Assembly (NCBI RefSeq): GCF_006345805.1
Contig: NC_042997.1
Span: 99,138,001 to 99,202,000 of the forward strand
From: Octopus sinensis
Taxonomy: Eukaryota
Reading direction: 5' to 3'
DNA: 64,000 nt
Made by a program: the position numbers and the translations under genes. Below, piece after piece: positions 40,658-52,885 of the stretch. Each line of letters starts with the position of its first letter. Within the stretch, counting starts at the first letter, position 1. The notes below the pieces were generated by a model. It did no database searches, was not told the DNA's origin, and was given only the letters and a program-made list of their open reading frames with translations.

Positions 40658-40830
40658 TATATAAATGTTGCAAAACGAAATCTTGTGGCCGAACTAGTTT
40701 CGATACTTTGTGCTACAGAACCCGACTATGTTTTGGAGCTGACCTTGGCCAATCAAGAGCGACTATATTATATCCTTCCTGGAGTTGCAGAATACTTTCC
40801 CGATGAAGAGATAATAAAACGATCTTTTTA
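40658..40830 (+). CDS. Candidate coding island (YINVAKRNLVAELVSILCATEPDYVLELTLANQERLYYILPGVAEYFPDEEIIKRS)
   Basis: Open, protein-like frame after atccttgatag; no good donor; alternative minus micro-exon 40744-40778. Confidence 0.25.
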
Positions 40831-41105
40831 TTTTTTTATATGTTATAGTCATTAAACAGCAGCCAGGCTGGAGCACTTCGAGGATTTTAGTCGAACAAAT
40901 CGACACTAGTACTTAACTTTTAAAGTTTGGTACTTATTCTAGTAGTCTTTTTTTACCGAAAGTCACGAAGCTGTAAACAAACCAATACCGGTTTTCAAGT
41001 GGTGGGGCACAGACGAAAACAGAAAGACACACACATATATGTTGTTGTTGTTGTTGTTATTATTATTATTATTATTATTATATTATTATTATTATTATTA
41101 TTATT

Positions 41106-42686
41106 CAGTAGTTTTATTTTTATAGCGTGCTTTCACTTCACTACCGAGCGCAGCTCTGTGTGCCTTAGGTATGTGCTGTGATTTGTTGTGATGCTCTGAT
41201 GGTTATTGTATGGAAAGTGTTCTGCGTAGGATGTGTGCAGTGCCTAGTAGTGCAATTTTCTGTATGTTATATGTGTTTGTAAGTCCTGGTGTTTTTGTTA
41301 TGTATTTATCTGAATATTTTTTTATCATGCCTAATGCACCTACTATGATAGGAATTGTTTCTGTTTTTAGATTCCACATTCTGGTTACCTCTATTTCCAG
41401 GTCTTTGTATTTTGAAAGTTTCTCCATTTCTTTTAGAGACACGTTGTCATCTGCCGGTATTGATACATCAATTAGAAAGCATTTTTTTTTCTTCATGATC
41501 TCTGACAACTATATCTGGTCTGTTGGCCTTAATTTCTCTATCTGTGTGTATCGGCATATCCCAGAGTATGGTTGCTTTCTCGTTTTCTGTGACCTTTTCT
41601 GGTGTGTGCCTATACCATCTTTTTTCTGTTGTTATTCCATAATGTTGGCATAGCTTCCAGTGTATGTAGGTTCCGACTCTATCATGTCTGTGAATATATT
41701 CCGTCTTAGCCAGGACTGGGCAGCTAGAGATAATATGATTTATTGTTTCTTGTCCATCTCCACATATTCTGCAGTTACTTGTTATATTTCTTTTCATTAC
41801 ATGTTTTTGGTAATTTCTGGTGGGGAGGCTTTGGTCTTGTGCTGCAATTAAAAATCCCTCCGTCTCTGCTTTGAGTCCTGAGCTTCTCAACCATTGCTGG
41901 GATTTTTCTTTGTCTATTTCTTTTGCGTTTAGTTTAGTCCAGTATTTACCATGAAGGGGCTTTTCTTGCCATCGTTTTATCATGGTTCGTTGCTGTTCTA
42001 TTTTTAGTTTGGATTTCATTTGTTTTATAGCTTTTGTTGTTTCTTTATCTTCTTCTTCTTCTTCTTCTTCTTCTTCTTCTTCTTCTTCTTCTTCTTCTTC
42101 TTCTTCTTCTTCTTCATATTTATTAGGTGGTATGATTTCTTGTTTGTATTTGTCAGCTTCCTTAAATACTGAGAACAGTTTTTTGTTTTGCTCGTGTTTT
42201 GCCGCTATTTTGGTCAGTTCATTTAGTGTCCAGTTAAGGATATTGTAGCTGTAACTTATAACTGGGACAGCTAAAGTGTTGATACCTATTATCTTGTTTT
42301 TAGCATTGAGCTCTGTTTTTAGTATTGATCTAACTCGTCTATAATATTCTTTTTTTATTTTCTCTTTCATGTGTGTGTGTTGTGTCTTATCTAGTTCGTG
42401 GATTCCTAAGTACTTGTAAGTTTGGCTTTGGTCTAATTCTTTATTTCATTGGTTTTATCTATAGTGTGATATTGCTACTCTTACATATTTTCCTCTTTTC
42501 ATGGTTACTTGGCGCATTTTTCTAATCCAAATCCATATCTATTTCTTTGGTAAATCCATGAACTGTCTTAATAGTGTTTCCAGCTGTTTGTCATTTGCAG
42601 CGTATAGTTTTAGGTCATCCATATATAAAAGGTGGCTGATCGTTTTGCCGTAACATTTATATCCGCATCCAGTTCTATTTAGCATT
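41106..42686 (-). mobile_element. 5'-truncated R4/Dong-clade LINE (RT C-terminus, CCHC, RLE, 3' UTR)
   Basis: LLYMDDLKLY near 42620; ORF 41468-42370 with CRICGDGQETINHIISSC, RHD, NRPDIVV; ORF 41203-41508 with EKLSKYKDL and QKIALLGTAHIL; (TAA)n on both sides. Confidence 0.92.
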
Positions 42687-42691
42687 TATTA

Positions 42692-42738
<47 letters not shown>

Positions 42739-42740
42739 TT

Positions 42741-44312
42741 ATCGTTTGACTTCTAAAAACGTACGGTCTCGTTTGTTCTGGTAGATTATGGGAGAGCGGA
42801 CAGCAGACTGCTAACAGAGGTGTCACAGGGTCCCTTTCTGCACGTTATAAGCTTTGATACTTGGTTGTGAATAATCGTGGGAGACATTCAGCAGACAGTT
42901 ACCAATCTGAAAATCCTAGCTGTCCCCAACAGACCAGTTTTTTGGGGCATGCTCTGGTCTCATGTCAATTCTGATTTCTTTGACATATTTCTTGAACTTG
43001 GTTGTTAGTGCTCCGAGTGCCTCTACAACAACTGGTATGACAGACATTCTCCGTATAGTCCACATTCTTGCAATTTCGTCTTTTAGTAGTCTGTACTTTT
43101 CAATCTTTTCTAGTTCTTTGTCACTTATACATGTATCTATGATCTTGGTTTCTCTTTTTCCATCAACTACCACAACAATATCTGGTTGCATTGGCTTCTA
43201 AAAGCCCACAGTATCTTATGTTCCTTGTTTTCGATGACTTCTATTTCATGATCGTACCATTTCTGTACTCTGTTCAGGCCGTACTCCAGTGGACGAAGTT
43301 AGCCACATTATCGTGCCTCCTTTTGTACTGTTTTTGAGCCAGCTTGTTACACTCACTCACAATATGTGAGATTGTTTCGTTTCTGCTGCCGCACGTCCTA
43401 CAAAGAGGCGATTAGTTACTCTTATCTATTTAGAATTTGGTGTAATTATTTCTCAGAGCTTGTTCCTGAGCGCTGCATATCAGTGTCTCAGTGCATTCTT
43501 TCAGATCACTTTTTCTTAGCCATCTCCAAATGTTGATCTTGTCTTTTCCTCGATTTCTCTGAATTATTACCCATGCAGTGGCTTCATTTTCCAGCTGTTT
43601 ACTCTTTCTTCTTCATCTTGTTTCTTAAATATTTGTGGGAGCATCACATATTCGGTATGTTTTATACTGTTAATTCTAACAGCGGCAAACAAGGATTCAC
43701 TCTGCTGTTTGATATACGATCCCAGACTGTTCTTCTCGTTGACAACACAGTTCTTGCATCCAATGAGATCGCTTCCAACCCTGTTTCTAGGCATATACAG
43801 TCTATCAGTATCACTTTTGAGGTATAGTTCCTTGTTAATTGTCATCACGTTTCTAGCTTTCTTATTCATTTCTTCAAGCTCGACTTTGTCCACCTAATAA
43901 CACCTGCGCCGTATCGCATTAAGGAAATAGCCCATGTACTTATTGCTCTGATTTTGCTTTTTTTTTTCGTTGAGTCTAGTTCCCATAATTAACCCGCTGC
44001 TTCTGAGATATTCTCGCCTAAAGCTTTCTTTCATTTCACTTTCGTTGACTTTGTCGTATTCTAAAATCCCCAAATATTTATATCCATTAGTCTCAATATC
44101 CTTGATTTTCTCGGCATTGGGTAGCTCTACACCATCAGACGACACTACTTTGCTTCTTTGTATTATAAGCATACCAAACGTTTTGGTCCCAAATTCCATT
44201 CCGATATCCTTACCGAATATCTGCACTGTTGAAACTAGACCATATATTTCACTTCCGATCATTCCAAAGATCTTTATATCATCCATATATAACACATAAT
44301 TTAATTTTCCTC
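42741..44312 (-). mobile_element. Second, older R4/Dong-clade LINE in tandem
   Basis: LYMDDIKIF, YKYLGILE, RLYMPR, KPLHG, zinc knuckle with RRHDNV near 43310-43400, EKIEKYRLLKDEI; many stops and frameshifts. Confidence 0.88.
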
Positions 44313-44574
44313 CTTAGAATTAAAGAAAACACTTGCTCGAGATGCAATGCAGTGGGATTGAACCCGAAATTATGTAGTTGAGAGGATTTTGTTATATATG
44401 TCGAAATATATTTTACACTACGGAAGGTTTTGAATCATTGCATTATATTTTTGTAATTTTATAATATATATAACAATAGTTCTTCGAAAATATATCTTTC
44501 GCGAAATGTCCTTTCGCTAATGTTTTTAGTGAATATTCCTTGTCTCGTATGCATTTATATAAGCATGTGTGTGT

Positions 44575-44802
44575 ATGAGTGTGTGCGTGTGTATGTGTAC
44601 ATATGAATAACTGTATATGTATATATAAATACATATACACATATGCATATGTATATATGTATACACACACACACAAACACACACATATATATATATAAAT
44701 ATATGTACATATATATATATATATATATATACACAATATATATATATATATATATATATAATAAATATACATATATATATATATATATATTAATATATAT
44801 AC

Positions 44803-44848
<46 letters not shown>

Positions 44849-44862
44849 ACATATAATATATA

Positions 44863-44894
<32 letters not shown>

Positions 44895-45010
44895 AACAAA
44901 AATCAAAGAGAGCAATAGAAAAAGGCAGATATATAGAGACATAGGCATGTATATATATATATATATATATAATATATATATATATTATATATATATATAT
45001 ATAAATATAT
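44575..45010. repeat. (TA)n-rich tract
   Basis: Direct reading. Confidence 0.9.
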
Positions 45011-45429
45011 AGGTATGTATGTATTTATGTAATGAAAATGTAAGGTGAGATGTAGAAAGAAATGTATATATATGTATGTGTGTACATTTTGCTATGCGTG
45101 AGTGTGTCTATGTTTATGAGTGAATGAGAGAGTAAGACCAACTTACAAGTTCGGATTACATAGAAAAACGATGTATTATACTACTGAGATATCTCATTGC
45201 TTTTAAGCCTATTTCATGATATAAATCGTGACATACAAGTCAGTGAATCCAACGTTATTGAATTATTTTATCAACACTCTGAAGAGCAAACGCATTACAA
45301 ATCATTTCATTGATTTACATGCTAACACCCATTTTCGCATACTCACATATATTTCATATATTTGCCTTGAACGAATGCATATATATAGAGTTAGATAAAT
45401 AGATAGATAGATATAGATATATATATAGA

Positions 45430-45499
<70 letters not shown>

Positions 45500-45520
45500 C
45501 ATATATATGTGTGTGTGTGT

Positions 45521-45815
45521 GGAGGCGCAATGGCCTAGTGGTTAGGGCAGCGGACCCGCGGTCGTAGGATCGCGGTTTCGATTCCCAGACCGGGCCTTGT
45601 GAGTGTTTATTGAGCGAAAAGCTAATAAAAGCTCCACGACGCTCCGGCAGGGGGTGGTGATCCCTGCTGTACTCTTTCACCACTCTTTCTCTCTCTCTTT
45701 CTTCTGTTGGCTTGCTCGCTTAGCCAGCGGGGTGACGTCATTCCAAGGCTAAAACAATGCGAACGCATTGTGACCAGCGATGTGTAAAACATCTGATGGT
45801 CTGGTCGGTCACGTG
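45521..45815 (+). mobile_element. SINE family C
   Basis: ggaggcgcaatggcctagtggttagggcagcgg...ggtttcgattccc. Confidence 0.88.
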
Positions 45816-45816
45816 A

Positions 45817-45877
<61 letters not shown>

Positions 45878-46884
45878 AACCATTCCGTTCAAAATGTCTC
45901 CCTTCAGAAACAAGTTTATCGAATTACTCTAAGCACACATTAAAGTGACGTGTTCTTTTAAAATCACACAGGTGAGAGAAAGTAGCAGAAACTTTCGAAA
46001 ATGCCACCTTTATATATACATATGTGCCACTGTTTCAGTTAAGCAAGAGAACTCTTATTTGTTTAGGTCAGTAAAATGTAATTTCTGATATGTGAGAGAT
46101 AATTATTTGTACCGCTATATCTTCAGTATATCTATATTGAACAAATTTACGACATCAGTCTCTAAGCCGATTTAACCAGCGTAAAGCTACGGATAACATT
46201 GCACTATTTCCTGCAACTATTCATTACATAACTCTTTTCCTTCTTCTTTTCCTACTGTTTCGCCTATCCTGTTCACATAGTTATTGTTTTTATGAATATT
46301 AACATCGTACTGAAACACTTATGTTCTAGCTACATTCTATTATATATACGGCCATCATGCACCAGGAAATCAACAATATTGAATTTCGCCCTCCCATTAA
46401 ATACAAAATGAACATTTATGATAGATTGTTTCGCTTATGTATGATCATGAAAGACTATAGCAGACTAGATCGAGCCTAGCACAATCCCACCATGTAATTT
46501 TATGGTAATACGTTGAAGTGGCGACGAGAAAGTACGAAGATTTTTTAGCAGGTTATGAATACTTCAGAACAAAACTAAGCACTAAATGCCATTTTGTCCG
46601 GTGGTCTTGAATGGAATATTTTCGCAATTTCATCTTCCAATATAAATGTGGAAGTAATATACAGGCGCTGATTCAAGCAAATATTTCAGTTCCCTAACAA
46701 ATTACTTTTTTCCTTAAGAAATAAATGTTGTGTTTCTTAGAAGAATCATCATTTTCTTTATTTATAGTAATATTATTACTCAGGTTTGTAGTGTAGGTTG
46801 TACAGGAGCTCTTTTCTTAGTTATAGTTACTGTTCCTATGTTATAAATCCAACACTCAGGGGGTATAATACCATATCATTTACC

Positions 46885-47225
46885 TTTTATCTTTTACTTG
46901 TTTCTATCATTGGACTGCGGTGATGCTGCAGCATCGCTTTGAAAGGTTTAACCGAAAAAAATTCAGTGCCGGTACTTTTTTTAAAGCTAAGTACTTTTTC
47001 CATGCCGCGAAACTCCGGGAAGGTAAACAAACCAATGCCAGTTCTCAAGCGGTGTTTGGGGACAAACACAACACAAACACACACATATATACATATATAT
47101 ACGATTTTCAGTTTTTGTCTACCAAATCCACTCACAAGGTTTTGGTTGGCCTGGAGCGATAGTAGAAAACTCTTGCCCAAGGTGCCTTGCAGACGGATTG
47201 AACCTGCATGTGGTTGAGAAAGAAA
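46885..47225 (-). mobile_element. SINE family A, diverged
   Basis: Reverse complement of the A head and tail. Confidence 0.7.
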
Positions 47226-47617
47226 GTTGAGAAACAGGTTTGGTTAAAAGTTCTATTTTAAAAGTGTCTACTTCATTTAACTAAGCGATATTCAATTTGG
47301 AGAGTATTTTATTTATTTCTCAAAGATATTGTTACTTAATTACACTTTTCTATGATGAATTCAAGATAACAAATTTTACAACAAAGCGAAAGCTGACATG
47401 AATTTTAAATAATAACTGTTAACAAACAATTCTGCACAAGTGTTGAGTTGGTGTAAATAGCTAACCGCAAAGAATATGTTTAGTATTAGGTAGAGAGGTC
47501 GGCCACTTTAGAAATACATTCCTCAAAGAAATTTAGTTTGGAGAGTTTCGTTTTATTATTATGAGTTTTTATAGATGGTATATTTCATCACTTATCCAGT
47601 TGTAATATTTCTGTCCA

Positions 47618-47800
47618 TCAAAACATGGATGTTCTGCTGGAACAAACTGTACCGCTAGAGTAAGCAGTTGAGCGTCCGTCATTGACAAAACCAGGGAAGG
47701 TCGAAATAACGTGATCTAGTGGCCTCGGCGCTGGAGGTGGCTGAGATTTGTCCCCCGCTAGCGCGGAAACAGGACTGCAAGTGCTGTGGTATAGTTTATT
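47618..47800 (-). CDS. Candidate terminal coding exon (NKLYHSTCSPVSALAGDKSQPPPAPRPLDHVISTFPGFVNDGRSTAYSSGTVCSSRTSMF*)
   Basis: GC/CpG-rich island, 60 open codons from gttctattag| to TGA; AATAAA about 60 nt downstream. Confidence 0.35.
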   Translation of the reverse strand, partial: NKLYHSTCSPVSALAGDKSQPPPAPRPLDHVISTFPGFVNDGRSTAYSSGTVCSSRTSMF

Positions 47801-47994
47801 CTAATAGAACATCTACGTTTGAGAATATCTACGTTTAAGAAATAGATATTATTTCCCAGTATTAATACTGCCTCTATCACTAATAGATATTTTAACAAGC
47901 TCTCTTATTAAGAATATCACCCTTACATCCAGCGCAATTACTAGTGTCTGAATCAACTCATCATATCCCCTTATCTATCCACGACATAGTTGAA

Positions 47995-48225
47995 AGTATA
48001 CTTCCAAATTTTGACACAAGTCCTGTAATTTCGGGGGTGCAGTAAGTTGATTGCATCGACTCGACTCCTGTGTTCAAGTGGTACATATTTTATCAACCCG
48101 AAAGGGATGAAAGTCAACCAAAGTCGACCTTCACGGCACTTGAACTCAGAACGTAATGGCATGAAATGCCGCTAAGCATTTTTCCCGTCGTGCTAACGAT
48201 TCTGCCAGTTCGCCGCACTATACGT
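47995..48225 (-). mobile_element. SINE family B
   Basis: aaagtcgaccttcacggcacttgaactcagaacgtaa core. Confidence 0.75.
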
Positions 48226-48369
48226 AGTAGAAATACTGTTTCATTTCAGATCTACATCTCTGAATTTCCTTTGTTTGGTTCCGTACTTCCCTCTGTTAGG
48301 AAAAATTGTTTCGCTTTCACACTTTCTCGTTTATATATTCTTTTCTTTTTATATATATATAAGTGTACA

Positions 48370-48815
48370 CATCTGTGTGGTTAAGAAGTTTGTTTTGCAA
48401 ATATTTGGTTTCTGATACGGTCCCAATGTACAGCACTTTGGATAAGTGTCTTCTATTATAGCCACGTGTAAACCAATGCCTTGTGAGTGAATTTGGTACT
48501 GAAACCGCGTGTGGCCTGAGGCATCTAGGGGCATCGCAGACCTATTATCACACCGCCTGCCTCGTACGGCTTTCTACCGCCCGTCCCTCTAAGTGTGCTT
48601 TTGCGTATGTGCATCTTTGTGTTTGTGTTTATTCCTCCCACCACTCGAACATCAGTCTTCGTTTGTATACGACCCTGTATTTTAGTAGTTTGGCAAAATA
48701 AATAATAGAATAAGTACCAAACTTTAAAACAATAAGTACTGGAGCCCGTTTGTTCGACTAAACTTTTCAAGGCGGTACTCCAGCATGACCGCAGTTAAAT
48801 GATTAAATCAACTAA
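48370..48815 (+). mobile_element. SINE family A copy interrupted by an rRNA fragment
   Basis: Head and tail collinear with family A; central segment replaced at 48506-48593. Confidence 0.7.
48506..48593 (-). pseudogene. 18S rRNA fragment (pseudogene), 88 bp
   Basis: Minus: CTTAGAGGGAC...ACGAG...ATAATAGGTCTGCGATGCCCCTAGATG...GGCCACACGCG, matching the conserved SSU words CTTAGAGGGAC and ATAACAGGTCTGTGATGCCCTTAGATG...GGCCGCACGCG. Confidence 0.85.
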
Positions 48816-49686
48816 ATGATATATGATAAAAGATATATTTCGTTCTTTCCCTTCCCCCTTTCCGCCCATTGATCTACAAATAATTATTCACCAATTCCAA
48901 TTTTCTACTCGGCTTCCAATCGCTCACCCATTGCTTTCTTACTCTTTTCTTGCAATTTATTACTTCACTTATTCTGTCTACAATATTTCGTTCCGATAAC
49001 CATTTGGAAGGTATTCAAATTCACGTATGCTATTAATGTCTTTGCGAAAGTTATGAATGTGACTCATTCATATTTCTGTTGCAACGAAAATATTCGGTAT
49101 TTGTGTCACATGAAATTAAATCATTACTTTAATTGATTTAAGAGCCATACACTTTTTATAAAAGGTAATCAATTTTTCTGTTTATTTTCTCCTCGAATTA
49201 TATGGCATAATTTGCATTGATAATCAATCCTTTTCTTCATTATCCTCAACACGAAATTATCCTGCAAGGAAGAAGAAAGTGTACAAGATTCTGACAAGCA
49301 ATGAACGTATTATGTGTTCAATTGCCAGATCTTTATGAATTCATTTGAAACCTCAAAATCTTTGCTTCCTGTGTAGATATCTGAGCGCTTATATGAAACT
49401 AGGCTGAATAATCTTATGTTGTATGTTTGCCTGGACGAATAACAACTCAAACTATGATAAGGAACAGAAAGATACAGAATATTTTATATTTTTTTTGTAG
49501 ATAAGGAATATGATGCATTGGGAGAAAAAGTAGATATCTGTGGCGCATTTAGCAATTGAATAAGTAGCTTACAATATATGTACACATATACACCTGTATG
49601 TAAAACATGTATATATGTAAGCACATATATATGTATGCGTGTGAGTGTGTATTATATTATGTATCTTGTATATTATACACCTGAGG

Positions 49687-49930
49687 TACGTGGCTTTGTG
49701 GTTAGGCTACTGCACCCATGATCGTAAGATTGCGGTTTCGATTCTGAGAACTTTGCATTGTGTTCTTGAACAAAGCACTTCACTTCACATTGCTCCGGTC
49801 CACTCAGATGGCGAAAATGAGTACTTCTGCGACAGACCGACTCCCGTCCCAGGAGAGGTGGAGTATATACGCCACATAATCCGGGAATCCGTTCTAATGT
49901 TCCTATGGCTCGGGATGACCTTTAATCTTT
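49687..49930 (+). mobile_element. SINE family D
   Basis: gtacgtggctttgtggttagg...gatcgtaagattgcggtttcgattc...ttgtgttcttgaacaaagcacttc. Confidence 0.8.
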
Positions 49931-49958
49931 TATGTATATATAAATATTTCATGCATTT

Positions 49959-50038
<80 letters not shown>

Positions 50039-50876
50039 GGGATATATAACTTTTGACTACTACGTTTCTGCATTATCGAAGGTGGATTATGGAGACATAG
50101 TAACGTAATTAAGAAGCTCGCTTCGCAATCCCGTGCTTGGATTGCATTTCCATAGCGTCAGGAATAATTCAAGCCTTGTAAATGAAATTGAAGAGAAACT
50201 GAGAGGAAATCCGTTGAATTGCGCTTGCTCTTTCGTAGTTTGAATTATTCTTTCATCTATTTAATGTCTCCACAATCTCTTTCGTGAAATCCATTTTCGT
50301 GAAAGCATTTCGACCCGGTCAACCCGATCGTTTGTTAGAGATAACATTATATCCTGTTGCTATGCTTCTTTCTGAAGGAAGCTACAAATGGTGAACTTTC
50401 TTCTCTTTCCACACTCTAGGCTTGAAAACCTCGTAAAGGCCATAAACGTCGTAGACTCTTCACATCATATACTATATAAATTCCTGAATTTCGTTGAATA
50501 TTCAGCATTGTCGAAAAGAGCTTAGATGTAATATGTAAAGGGTAATGCAGGAAATTGTATCAGTCGGTACTTCATGAAAATAAAAGGTACTTTAATTTCA
50601 GGCTTATCCCTTCTTTATGAGATAAAGATGTTTGCCAAACCTTTAGTTGAAGAATATTTTTTCTTTCATACGAAGGAAAAGTTTAGAAAAGTAAATATAT
50701 CATGTACACGCAAGGAACAAGGTGCCAAAACTTTGAGTTGTCTTCAGACAGAAGATGTTGTCGGACTTCTTCCAATACAATGGATTCCGCCAAAAGCCAA
50801 GGGGTGCTCTTCGACTAGAAAGGGAATTAATTTAAACAACCCAAGAACAGGTATAATACGAAGAATTTCCTCTCAG

Positions 50877-50958
50877 TTTCCGTGTCCTCGATTTCATTCT
50901 GACGTTTGGGACCCTCTGGCACTCAAGCTTAAGACAATCATCCAAGGTGCTGTGCAGT
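50877..50958 (+). CDS. Candidate exon (FPCPRFHSDVWDPLALKLKTIIQGAVQ), 3' end of ORF 50574-50990
   Basis: aatttcctctcag acceptor and gtaagt donor; phase-compatible with 51134-51174. Confidence 0.25.
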
Positions 50959-51133
50959 GTAAGTACCTGATTGCAAAGTACATTTCTTAATCACATTGAT
51001 ATTCCTGATTAACACGCAATATTTAATGGAGACAAACATTAATCAAAAACTTATTATCTGTCTATGTGTGCTAACGTATGTATATATGTACGTATGTATA
51101 CACAGGATAATATTTTTTTCTTATCCTCGCAAG

Positions 51134-51174
51134 TAGAAGTAAATATATTCCATGACATAAGAAATTTACCGAGG
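51134..51174 (+). CDS. Candidate micro-exon (EVNIFHDIRNLPR)
   Basis: tttttttcttatcctcgcaag acceptor and GAGG|gtatgt donor. Confidence 0.25.
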
Positions 51175-51695
51175 GTATGTACTTTACTTTTCAAATTTTG
51201 CCTATACCGACCACCACCAATGTGTTTATCCACATGTAACCTATAAAATTGCTTTCTTTTAAATATGAATATAATATCAGAGATATTCCAAGTGTATTAG
51301 TGGCAAAAAGGAAGACATATAGCTTCAACTAAAAGCTGAGACTAAAACTGAAACTCCCTCACTCATAGCTTAAATCTTGCTTCATATTCCTCGACATATT
51401 TAATATAAAGATATAACGCATAATATTGAGAGGTACTGGCGAATGAAAAGGAAATTATGGCATTTGTGTAGCTTTAATTCAACTATTTTCCAATAACTCA
51501 CTTCATAAGAGTCTGACCTTTCAGGTGACATTAGAATGTATGTTCATTCAATATTAATGTGTACTGCCATTTTTATTATGTTAATATACTTAACTGTCCC
51601 TTCTTGAGTCACCAACAAACAGAATAGTCTTAGTTAAAGTATCGCAGCTAACAGTCAACCCTGCAGACAATAACTTCAATAAGTACCGTACTTAC

Positions 51696-51740
51696 AAGCT
51701 TTATAAAGACGCCTAAATTTGAATTACTGTATCTGAATTG
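51696..51740 (-). CDS. Candidate 45-nt phase-0 exon (QFRYSNSNLGVFIKL)
   Basis: ttctatactgtcttctactttgcag acceptor and gtaagt donor; only one open frame. Confidence 0.35.
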
Positions 51741-52282
51741 CTGCAAAGTAGAAGACAGTATAGAATGTGATTCACGGTAGATAAATGCTAAGAGAGAGGG
51801 AGAAGGGAGATGCAGAGAGAGGAGGGAGACGGAGAGAGAGCAGGAGAGAGAGAAGAGGAAGTGGACGAATTTGTATTTGGCAAGTATTTTCTCAGCTTTT
51901 AGTAATGATTTAAATTCATTCTTATACAAATTCTTCAAAGGATGTCTATATGTTTTTCAAACGCTTAATGACTAAATACTCTGATGAGCTCCAACACACC
52001 GAGACTTCTTCCAGCAACGATGATTGATAAATAAAAATATATATATACACTTGAAATGATAAAGCAATTCTCATCTACTCTACAACAGCATTTGGTATCG
52101 GCGTTTTAAGGCAATGAAGCATCAGGAACGTTTAGCATGTAATATCCTGTAAGATAATTAGTTTGGACATTACATCCAACCTATTAGATATCGTTGAAGA
52201 GTTAGTCTTCCTATAGTGATTTAAAAGAAAACTACTTTTCACTTCGATCTTATCTTAACATTTGGTGAGCTGAAGCTAAGCA

Positions 52283-52529
52283 ATGCAAGATAAGGCGCGG
52301 CTGCGTAGTAGAGAAGTTTATTTCGATATCTGTATCGCACAGCGGCACCTTGTGCAAGTGTCTTCTACTATAAACCTTATTAGTGGGCTTCGTAGGCAGA
52401 AATGAAAGAAACCTGTCGTATATATAGATACATATACATACACATATATATATATTCAGTCCCACAACGTAACACCTTAGGCAGGTGTCTTTTATTGTAG
52501 CCTCGCACCGACCAGAAGCCCGTCGCACG

Positions 52530-52561
<32 letters not shown>

Positions 52562-52790
52562 TGTATGTATGTATGTATGTATGTATGTGTGTGTGTGACT
52601 TTGTGTCTGTGTTTGTCCCCAGTCACTGCTTCACAACCGGTGTGGGTGTGTTTACATGACAGATGGATTGAACGACCAATGGAATAAGTACCAGGCTTAA
52701 AAAATAAGTCCTGGGGTAGATTTGTCCGACTAAAGTCCTCTATGGCGGTGCTCCAGTATGACCACAGTCAAATGCAAGAAGAATTAAAAA
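52283..52790 (+). mobile_element. SINE family A with duplicated head region
   Basis: Two gcacctt...gtgtctt segments (about 52345 and 52480), then (ATGT)n and the A tail; a further A tail lies at 53070-53280. Confidence 0.7.
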
Positions 52791-52798
52791 ATAAAGGA

Positions 52799-52829
<31 letters not shown>

Positions 52830-52846
52830 TACACACACACACACAT

Positions 52847-52885
<39 letters not shown>

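Noticed and set aside
50300-50480. PiggyBac-like word KSLRRLWPLRGF on the minus strand
   Set aside because: Isolated, with no flanking transposase motifs or TTAA termini.
51970-52015. CTGATGAGCTC...CGAGAC hammerhead-like word
   Set aside because: GAAA is not present and no stem I partner was found.
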